A program made the translations under genes and the position numbers. Below, one piece after another: positions 54,601 through 64,000 of a stretch of DNA of 64,000 nt. Origin of the DNA: Paragordius varius (lineage: Eukaryota > Animalia > Nematomorpha); contig OZ176056.1 of the NCBI GenBank assembly GCA_964247055.1, positions 3,410,001 to 3,474,000 of the forward strand, in the 5' to 3' direction. Each line of letters starts with the position of its first letter. The first letter of the stretch is position 1. The notes under the pieces are model-generated. The model was not told the origin of the DNA. It saw only the letters and a program-made list of their open reading frames with translations, and did no database searches.

Positions 54601-57600
54601 TATGGGAAGCTGTGCAAATATTTATGTGATATTAAGACAATTTTTTATCGTTATTTGTCGAATAATATCCAATTACCTATATGACTCTCCGGACATTCGC
54701 ATTTATAGTTCTGTGGATTTTCATCTATGATAAGGCACTTTCCATGATTGCGACACGGTCCTTGAGTAATTTGTCTAATCTGTTCGGTATTATCATTTAC
54801 GGCAAAAGCTTGGTGACAAATATTATCGTTCGTTGGTATGTCGCAATATGTTCCCGAATACCCTGGACTACAGTGGCATTTAAAAAAGGGCGGGATCTTA
54901 TTTAAATTTGAGTTTGAATCAAATATGATTTGACAATTTGAGTCATGTTTACATTTTTGAGCAAATTTTATTCTTTTAGCAGTGTTGTGAAAAAGATTTT
55001 TGCGACGCAAATTTTTAACCCTGTTGTAGTTGCCAGTATGATTGATATGAAGGCAAGGATTTAGAAATTGACATCTTTCACCTACTGCCCAATCTGGACA
55101 TCTATATTTCAAATTTAATATTAAAATAAATTTAATAATTATATTGTTAATTTGCAGCATGATTTAAAGAAATTTCTAGATTAAGTTGTCATATAAATTT
55201 TATTAGCAGAAACATTTTATGTGTAATTTTCGGTTGATTCGAAAAATGAATGCCTCATGTTCGGTTTTAGCGGATTTTTAACCGTTAAAAACCTAACAAA
55301 TGAATTTTTGATTAATATTCATGTCGGCTTCTTGTTAATATATAGTCTTGAAATATGACGTTCTAAAATGGAAATTAATTGTGCCCTAAAAAATAATCAA
55401 AAATAATTAATTAATTTTAAAATTGAACAATTTTAAAGTACACGATTATCCCCATTTATTCCTAAAATTTTGACATTCTTGATCGATTAATTTTATTAAA
55501 CTCTAAAATTTATTTAAAAGACCTATTAGAAAAAAAAAAGATTTATTTATTAAATTTATTTGACAGTTTGGTTCAGTTCGTCGACTTGGTTTTATTTTAT
55601 GATCTCTTTTATGTTTCAAAATCCTTTACGTATTCATTTTTATAACTTTGGGCAAAATTAAAATTACAAAAAAAATATGTTTAAAATGTATAGTAATGAA
55701 ATGTACTATAGAGTTCATAAATTTCAAGTAGGGTGTTCACGTTATAAATTAAAGTAGTACTTTTAAAATAAAAAATTGTATCCCTCGATTGTCAAAATTC
55801 TGGGATTTAAAATTTTGTTTGTCCTTAAAATTTTGGTTATAATTTACTAAAAACTATATAAAATTTGTACTTTGTTTGTTAAATAAACAACTAAGAAATA
55901 TTAAATAATAACTGTTAATTAGAGTAAAATTTTCTCTTTCCCACGTCCAAATAATATAGGAAGAAAGAAAGAAAATATAATTGTTTTACAAAAAAATAAT
56001 TAAAAGTTAAATATTTTAAACAAAAAAATATACAATAATAATTACACAACTTTCTTTGTTTATGTGCGCATTAAAATTACTTATTTTAAAAACAAGTTTT
56101 TTTTGTTTAAATTAATTATATTGAGTTCAATATTATTGAAAGGCTATTTAGGATTTAACAAAGAATAATAATGATATTTAAAGTTAAAGTTAGTTTTAGA
56201 ATATTTTAAGCACAGAAAAAAATTTGAGGTAAAGCAAAAAATAATAAATAACACTTTTGTGGCAAAAAGGATTTCATATAATAAGTTATATTGATGAGAA
56301 TTTCACAAGTTTCTCTGAAGCATTATTTAAAATGGCTTTCGTGTTTGAGAAAATGCTAAAATTTTCTCAGCAATGAATCTTATTATATATGATAATAAAT
56401 ATGAACAATCACCTTTGTAATGTTAACAACTTTGTGTTGGAAAGGGAATAAATAATTTTATTTTCTAGCGTTATTAAGAGTAAAATATCCTATTATTGAT
56501 TTAAGGAAACTTATCAATAAAGTAATGATTGATATAATATATGCATATAATTTTAAATAAATTTATGCATATTGACCAGTTGTCGTAAAACAAACAAAAA
56601 AGTTTAAAACTTAGGACATTATTTCCTTTAAATTATGTTAATTTATTTCTTCCGCTAAACAATGTAAATTTAATTATCAAATACTACATTAATTTTTTGT
56701 GCGAAAAAAACCATATTGGTAGCAAGCACAGACTAATGAAAATGTGTGTATGGTTTCACACTTAAAGATCTTAATAAAACTTCTTTTTTTATCAAATTTA
56801 ATTTATTATATATAAACAATGTGGTGAAATATTATGGTTATCTTTGAGTTAAAGAAACGGATTTGTAATCGAAAATTCCAAAAAAATACTAAACCAAAAA
56901 CGCTAGTGAACTTTAGAGTTTAAAATTTTTAGCCAATTCCCATATGTTTGCTTAATGCTTATATCTATAAAACCACAAATCCTATATATGCATAAAATAC
57001 TTTTGCATAACCCGATTATCACTAATTATTACTAATTGTATATTAGGGTTGATTTGTTTCCATAAAAGTTCTGATACCTTTGCTTAAAAGTTTTTTTTAC
57101 TAAAGAAAGAAAAAAATGAACAGGTGTGTTAATTTATAATACGTAAAACAAAAAAAAGACTTTACTGTAGTATTAAAATATTTTTATTTATTTTTTAAAA
57201 AAAACGAGGGTAGGATAACACTAGAAAGTTTATAAAAAAGGGGGAGAGATATAGACATAACATTATAAGAAAACAAAAGATGCTATCTAGATAAGGACAA
57301 TAGTATTCGTCACTTAGGTAAAAAATGATCTAAAAAAGCCAGGTGACAAATGTTAAGATACCAAAAAAAAAAATTGTAGGACCTATTTTTTTAATAAATA
57401 AAAAAATTTAGCCAAATATGATACGATATGTTTTATTAGGTTTTAGCTTGTAAAATGCTTAACTTTTGGTTTGAATTTCGGAAAAAAACATATGTTTAAA
57501 AATAAAATGCGGGATTTTCGAAATTATACGTCATTTTGATCAAATAAAACGGCGTAAATTGGTTTGAATTAAAAGTCAATCATCTATTTTATTTTAAAAT

Positions 57601-57849
57601 ATACTTGCAAATGTTTTGATTAAGTGTAGAATTTGTAATACAGCGTCCGTTATTTAGGCATGGAGTATCATTATCACAGTGATTTGAGTTTCCCGGTAAA
57701 TTTTGAATACCTAGCCAAAACATAAAGGTTTATATTCAAAAGTTAAACTAATATTGAAATTTAAACTGACGGAATTAACTTAATAAGCAAAGGAAATTAC
57801 CTGAAGCACTGATGAGTATTAGAAGTATGGCTAATAAAAGTTGTTTCAT
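34288..57849 (-). CDS. Notch: Notch receptor, complete gene, 30 coding exons, ~3189 aa
   Basis: Exons (all GT-AG, cumulative phases consistent, 9570 nt): 57801-57849, 57605-57710, 54677-55101, 54094-54376, 53654-53787, 53077-53202, 52564-52751, 51922-52153, 51130-51288, 49585-49725, 48739-49304, 47777-48344, 46464-47291, 45989-46220, 45606-45790, 45438-45525, 44891-45037, 44238-44453, 43194-43551, 42717-42879, 42069-42389, 41643-41857, 40940-41168, 39627-40229, 38760-39339, 37890-38365, 37051-37272, 36325-36459, 35894-35991, 34288-35784. Domain order: signal peptide, EGF array, LNR, HD, TM, RAM (WFP), ankyrin repeats, PEST. Confidence 0.97.
35600..38130 (-). CDS. Notch: Notch ankyrin repeat domain
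   Basis: [87 protein letters not shown]. Confidence 0.95.
37371..37596. mobile_element. Second copy of the palindromic MITE, in Notch intron 26
   Basis: Shares agaatggaaaa..tctatggta / taccatagag..ccattctttacc arms and the ATACATGACTGTA end with 8539-8751. Confidence 0.72.
39627..40229 (-). CDS. Notch: Notch transmembrane helix and RAM motif exon
   Basis: [22 protein letters not shown] then [16 protein letters not shown] (CSL-binding WFP motif). Confidence 0.93.
40940..42879 (-). CDS. Notch: Notch negative regulatory region: LNR-A, LNR-B, HD-N, HD-C
   Basis: [21 protein letters not shown] (LNR-A); [27 protein letters not shown] (LNR-B); GSLVIVL and [27 protein letters not shown] (HD-N); [23 protein letters not shown] (HD-C). 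Confidence 0.9.
43194..57710 (-). CDS. Notch: Notch EGF-like repeat region (27 repeats)
   Basis: Six-Cys repeats read across spliced exons. EGF11-12 ([39 protein letters not shown] / [38 protein letters not shown]) closely match canonical EGF11-12. Confidence 0.92.
43593..43919. mobile_element. MITE with TA flanks and 21-bp subterminal repeats, Notch intron 18
   Basis: ta|TACCATTTACA..TGTAAATGGTA|ta; repeated ttcaaattcacccttgaacaa; partial relative at ~33585-33700. Confidence 0.85.
47495..47634. repeat. Perfect 70-bp tandem duplication, Notch intron 12
   Basis: 47495-47564 is identical to 47565-47634. Confidence 0.95.
49860..50370. repeat. Degenerate AT-rich tandem repeat (~110-145 bp period), Notch intron 9
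   Basis: aaaataa(g/c)tgtaaattatat..gttttaag recurs near 49865, 49972, 50120, 50245. Confidence 0.75.
50432..51080. repeat. ~300 bp tandem repeat (2.3 units), each unit holding a palindromic MITE (50525-50735, 50811-50998), Notch intron 9
   Basis: Unit start atataactctactttt recurs three times; TIRs tacaatcatgtatgttt / aaacatacatgactgta. Confidence 0.85.
55938..55945 (-). promoter_or_regulatory. Candidate CSL/Su(H) site CGTGGGAA in Notch intron 2
   Basis: Exact high-affinity consensus (plus strand ttcccacg); motif match only. Confidence 0.35.
57605..57849 (-). CDS. Notch: Notch exons 1-2: signal peptide and first part of EGF1 (not in ORF track)
   Basis: [17 protein letters not shown]|[35 protein letters not shown], joining in phase 2 to [11 protein letters not shown] at 55101; 90-nt intron 1. 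Confidence 0.88.
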
Positions 57850-58907
57850 CCTTTGAAAATCTTGGTGTCGAAACGAATAGTTATTTCTTTATAAATATTT
57901 TATAAGGGGTTCAATTTGTCGGAAACCCATGAATAGCTACATAGGTTTATTGATTTATGGATTCCGATATATGCAAAAAAATCAGATAACGGTTTTACCG
58001 TCAGAATTGAGAATGTTGTCAAAATGTTTGAGGTATCAAATTTAGATGATTGAATATACCATAGATAAAATTTTTCAAACTTTAACGTATTGGTGAGTAA
58101 AATTTCCACTCTTATGGATGGGAAAGATAAATAAATAAATTATTAAAATTAAAATACCACCTCCTTTGTGTTAAAAATGTATTATAAAATATTAAGTTTC
58201 AAACAACAGTAAAGAGTGGTGAGTTAGTATATATATGTGTAAGTATAAAACAAACTGTTATATCCCTCTTTATTGTTAAACTTTTTTCTTATGCATCCAC
58301 ATTTTTATGAAAGATATAAAAGTGGATAGATATATGATTTGAGGTTAAGTATAAATAGAAGACTAGAGATTGATTTAACATATTTTTTACTAATGACAAA
58401 GTTGCCAAGATTGATAAAACATACACAAAAAGGGGATAAAAATATTTTGACGTAAAAAATGGTATAAAAATATTAAAGTTAGAAATCGTACTACTTCCTA
58501 TGTCTCTCCATCTTGCTTACCGTAGTTTGCATTATGATAATCAAAAAATGTATTAAGGAAAGGCATATTTTATGATATTATCTGGTCAAATATATGTGAT
58601 ACTATATATGTAATTCTCTATTGTTTTATTTAATGACATAAGCTTAGGTATTTTTATATTTATGCATGAAAATATCATAAAAATAAAATACCTATTAAAA
58701 CGCGGCTAATATTTATATACCACAAGGTACTGTTGTGTTTATCTATTTATGAAATAATTTTGCTTGAAAAATGGATGCGCAGATAAAAGTGTGTTTTGCA
58801 GCTAATATCATTTTTTAAAAATTTTACGGTTATAGGGAATATATATTATAACAGTCCAAAAGGAGATAACCAATGGTATGGGTGTTAACTGAATTTACTC
58901 AGAATAA

Positions 58908-60883
58908 TCTATATACTAATAAAAATGGAAAATGCTGGCTTTGGGATCTGTTTCCGGACCGGTAGACCCATTCAAATTTAAATGTCGAAAAAAGATAATC
59001 ATTAATGAATACCTCAACAATATCGCCCTTTTTTTGAATAAGACCCCCGATTATCCTGAACGGTTTTTTCAAAACATAAGTCTACTAAACTCGTGTCTTT
59101 GAGACAATTTTCCGAAAAACGTGTTGGACCATTTGATTTCAATATGATTTTTTTACTTTTTTTCAATTGCCCCGAACATAGTCGGCTCGCTTTTTTGATT
59201 TAAGCCCCTTTTTACCCCCCCCCCCCGTGAAATGCCATTTTTTCAAAAAACCAAGTCCAAAAAAATAATTTTTTAATCTATTTTTCGCCCAAGGTATGAG
59301 ATCGTAAAAATTTAATGAGGATTTTAGGTATTCCCTGTTAGTCGTGCGTTTTTTTATTGGCTGGATAAGGAGATATCCGCTAAAAACTGCCCTGTCATAT
59401 CGAAATAGCGTGCCTTTGGGGCTAAATTTCAGAAAACCTATCAGGCCATATGAGTTAAATAGGTGCTTAAAAAATTACCCTTAACAATGCAAAAATTTTG
59501 GCGGTGCAGTTTTTTAAAATTATCCGTTAATTAGTGCCTTCACGCCCTGAAAAATGTGCCACCATAGAATGATTTTTTATTTTTAGGGCAATTTTTCCAA
59601 AAACCAATGAGAGCATATCAAATCAATCATGATTCCAGGTATTCTCCTTAAAAAAGTTTAATCAAGCGCCTTTTTGTGTCAGCCTCTGGGTAGGGAGCTA
59701 TTCGCCAACGATTGCGCCACCATATCGATACAAGTGACTTTGGAGGCAAATTTTAGAAAATTTATCAGGCCTAAGTGTCCAATGCTTGAAATATTACTCG
59801 TAAAAAGGTAAAAAGGAGCGGTTTTATCAAATTATTCCTTAATTAGGCCCTTGCCCTGAAAAATGCGCCACAATAGAATGAGTTTTTGATTTTGAGGCAA
59901 TTTTTTGAAAATCCCACGATAGCATATGGAATCAATAATGACTCTAGGTATTACCCGATTTAAGGCAAAAATTTTAATCGATCGTTTTGTTTCACCCCTG
60001 GTTAGGGTACCCGCGTATAACTGCGCCACCGTATCGAAGCAGCCTGCCACTGGAGCCAAATTTCAAAACCATGAGACTGATAAGACCATATGGAATCCAT
60101 GATAATTCCAGATATTCCCCATATAAACACAAATTTTCCCAACGCTTTTTTATACCTGTTCCTGGGTAAGGAGCTACTCGCTAAAAACTGAGCCACTATA
60201 TAGAAATTCCGTAGTTTTAAATTTTACAGAAAATTTATGTAACCATATGAGCTTTTTAATAGCTTGAAATATTACCCGTTACTAGGTAAAAATTAAGGTC
60301 AGGCTTTTTTTTAGCCGCTAATTTGGGGCTTTAGTGTTAAGGTATTTTTTGAATAACCCATAAGACGATGGTATCAAAGATGATTCCAAATATTTGGCCT
60401 ATAAAGGCAAAAAATTTAACTCAGCGCTTTTTTCATATAGGTCTATGGATAGGGCTCTACCGGTTTAAAACTGAGACGCCATACAAAAATGGCGTGGTTT
60501 AGAGCTAATTTTCAAAAAACTTAAGAAGCCATACGAGTTCAGTTAAACACATTTCTGGGGAATTGGTATAATATCATTCTTTCCTTTCAAAAGGAATCGC
60601 AAATGATTTACATTTTGGTTATCCCATAATCCCAGCTATGAAAAGCTTAAAATAAATCCAATAATAGTTAAATATTAACTTTAGTAAGGGACAGTTTAAA
60701 TATGGCAATTTCGAGTCAATATTTGAGCCTATGCAAAAACCCGTAAAAGAATAATAATTTAAGACATTCTTTTTATTTAATTCGTTTTTTATTATTTTTT
60801 TCTATTACCTCTATTTATTGCAAATTATTAAGAATAATTATTTGTGAGACTACGTCACAGCGAAGCGTGACAGGGCCAGCTAG
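58908..60883 (+). mobile_element. Helitron-like element of the same family, ~1 kb upstream of the Notch ATG
   Basis: 5' A|TCTATATACTAATAAAAATGGAAAATGCTGG shared with 3922; diverged ~155-310 bp internal repeats (59300-60550); 3' gtcac-agcgaagc-gtgac hairpin then CTAG|T at 60880-60884. That both ends belong to one element is inferred. Confidence 0.65.
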
Positions 60884-63800
60884 TAATATATATAAAACTT
60901 TTTCAATCAAACTCAACAATTTTCCCATCACATTAGCATCTTTCAACTCAACACTTTTTCAGTTAATTTATCTAATTTAACTTTAAAATTTTCCAAAACT
61001 CAAATCTTTCCCAAAATAAAACTAAAACATTTCCATTATTATAATTAACACTCTGAATTAAAACAAATTTCACCGAATGTTGGAAATATTATAGAGTAGT
61101 TTATTTAAAGAATTATTAGAATTCCACATGCCTATTAAACGATTAAAATTATTAAAAATTATTTTTAATTTAATATATATAATGTTTGGCTTTTTAGAAT
61201 CGTGCCTAGTTGGCTTAAAAAAGGTTGAGTTTGGTTTGTCATGAGTCTGATTGAAAATGAGTTAAGAAAAAAATTTATATCTATTAACAAGGACCATTAT
61301 TAATTTTTTCAATGCATGGAATCTAATGGGCACTCTTCCCTTTTACCTCTAAAATGATATTTTACACAAAAAAACAATTATTTGCCAATATAAAAGTAGA
61401 AGCAATATTAAATTAAGAGCTTCCCTCTGTACTGCTACCCTCTGTAACTCTGCCGTTTAAAAACGTAATGAAGCAGCTTATGGATTATCTGTATTGCATG
61501 GATTTAATCATGGATTTTTTCCAAGTCAAAAATTATTAGCCCCTATTTACCCCTAAAAGGGTATTTTATGTTTTATACAAAATAAAAAAATATGTTTAAA
61601 GTCAATTTTGGAGACCTGTAATATCTATTATGATTTAGATATGTCACATACGAACCCGGAACCATCGCGTTTGAACGGTTTCGGCTGTATAGTATGTTTG
61701 CAATAAAAAATATGTTTTATTAAAACTTTTTTATAAGGGTAGAAATCATTTCTAAGAGGAATAATTCAAGGTTTGTCTATCTAAACAACTCCTTTTCTTG
61801 CCTAAATACATTTTTGAAGCCAACATAACAATGCTTACATTGAGTAAGTTTATTTATGGTGATATAAAAATATTTCAGTTTTGACAACAAGTCTATATAA
61901 AAAAGTTTGGTCACCTGTATTTGCTTGAAATTAAAAATCACAAATTTAGTTCTGGACATAAGAAATTTTATTTATCAAAATTATTTGTAATGAATAATTA
62001 TAATATAATTGTTAGAGCTCCGAAAGTTATCCACTTTTTAACCCCTTATGACTTATGGAATATGCAAAAAGCATGAAAACGACTATAATTAAAAATTATA
62101 AAAAAATATCCAATGCTTTAATAAATGTATTCGTCATTTTGTGAACGGCATTAAAATTTTGTAGCACATAAATATTATAATATTTAAAATTCAAAAATCA
62201 ACAATATTATTTCCCTTCCAAAAAAGTAAAATTCGGTATCAAACCAATATATTCTAAAATAATATAAGCGACATGCGATCAAGCTAAAAAGTGTTTAAAT
62301 AATATTTTTCAGTTTTAAAATTTTAGATGATTTTAAGTACCAATTATGCTTCAACAAATTAAATAAATTTTTAAAACAACGATGTTTAAATTTTAAATGC
62401 GAATAACTAGCTCTATTAAATATCGCTTTTTTATTTATATTAAAAACACTAGATCATCTCAACGAATATCACAAATGAGTTGAGTCTCAACTTTAATATA
62501 ATAACTGGATATACCCGACACATATGGGTGTGACTTAGTCAAAAAATAATTTTAAGTAATCTACAAAATGGAAAATTTGACAAATAAAATGATTAGAAGT
62601 CGATGAAACCATTACCGTGCTTAATTTTTTCGTCCAATTAACATCCGTTTGCGTTTTTTGATAAATTATAAAAAAACACTATTTATAAGACATAAAAATG
62701 AAGTTATAGGAATATTTTAATAAATATGATAGTAATGTTCAGCATCACCGACTTATATGGATAAAAGTTTTTATATATATTATTACGCTTTAATAAATTT
62801 TTGCTAAAAATTAAATTTTTATAAAAAATATGTGTGTTTAAACAGCTAATATTAAACTCTAGCCTATATTATCTCGCAATCTCAGCATCTTTGTGTTAAT
62901 ATTAAAAGAACTGGCCCATTTCACAGTGTCCACAAAATATAATTTGCTGAAATTATATATTATATATTGATAGGAAAATGTATCAGGATTATCATTCGCT
63001 CTTGGTTTTGGCTCAAACCAGCGATATAAGCTAATATTCATATGCCATATAAAAAGCGAAACAATATTATTAATTTTATTTAAATGCGGGTGGCGAAAGT
63101 CCCAAATTTTTTACTTTTCTAAAATGATCCAGTTCTAGCCGAGATTTGATAAAAATTTCTAATATATATATATATATATATATTTATTTTTTGTAAAATA
63201 CATTTTTAACAAAATTCTGTTGAAGTGTACTTAACACTTTATTATCTTTACATATTGGAAGTTTTATATGCTAGAATTTATTTTGTAAATAATTTACAGT
63301 TTTGTAAGTTTATTTAAATTAAAATTCAAATATCAAATTGGGACAGCCTCAAAACACGATTGAAACGAACATACTGATATAAAAATCAAGTATATGAAAT
63401 TTTGCTGGAATGTAGCCTGAAAGCTTTTTAAAGTGAATTATTTATATTTTATAACCATAGTATACTTTTATTTGCTTGTTGCATTATTAATAAATTATAG
63501 AAAAAATGGCGGCAAAAAGTTTTAGTAAAGGTTTTTTCTGAAATTCAAAAATTTTGAGCCCCCTAAAAGACTTATGAAACCATATTTTTTTAATTGGCCT
63601 AACCTTAAATACTTTTGAGGTATAAAACTTTAAATCTCTATGTGATATAAAACTAACCCAAAATTAATGAAGTGTTAACAATATTTTTAGTTATGAGGAA
63701 AATGATATATAAACTTCTTTATAAATAATAATGCTGGACATTTCTATTACCTCAAATTTAATTAAATATTTATTTGTCTTCAAATTTATGTTAAAAATAA

Positions 63801-64000
63801 AAAGTGATTCTTTACAAGTCACCAAAATTAGAAGATAAACCCAATTCTAAATAAATTCTGAAGCTATATAAATCAGCATTATCGAATTATAAAAAAATAT
63901 TTTTATCATATCAAAAGCGTTTTTATACTGTTCTTATTATTCCTAAAAATAAAAGGGAATACGCTTCAAAAAATTTTGCTAAAATATTAATTATATTGTC

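Noticed and set aside
13402-57849. Functional linkage between TMTC and Notch glycosylation
   Set aside because: TMTCs O-mannosylate cadherin domains, not EGF repeats; adjacency alone is not evidence.
58521-58566. Candidate Notch first exon (MPFLNTFF.., GTAAGC donor)
   Set aside because: Not hydrophobic; 57801-57849 gives a proper signal peptide in the right phase.
61630-61700. tRNA or SINE-like stretch (GGTTCG on the minus strand)
   Set aside because: No A box or cloverleaf could be built.

Overview
AT-rich animal genomic DNA; the species cannot be identified from sequence. Two conserved loci, both on the minus strand. (1) A complete 30-exon Notch gene (57849->34288, ~3189 aa; splice phases checked by hand). 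It is clearly orthologous but heavily remodelled: 27 rather than 36 EGF repeats, large loop insertions that spare the ligand-binding repeats, no POGLUT1/Rumi O-glucose consensus in any EGF repeat, only two LNR repeats (LNR-C missing), no S1 furin motif, and a ~395 aa RAM-ANK linker. (2) A tandemly duplicated TMTC-family O-mannosyltransferase. Copy A shows only exon 1 (514-858). Copy B (19841->13402, 10 exons) has an in-frame TAA and a 1-nt frameshift. Each ~18-19 kb unit also carries a decayed inverted TMTC relic and a Mos1-like mariner fossil, and identity between the copies is patchy. The rest is non-autonomous transposons (Helitron-like, hAT, Tc1/mariner-type and long-TIR elements), microsatellites and one orphan ORF. 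All alignments to human, fly and Mos1 proteins are by eye from remembered sequences; no searches were run.
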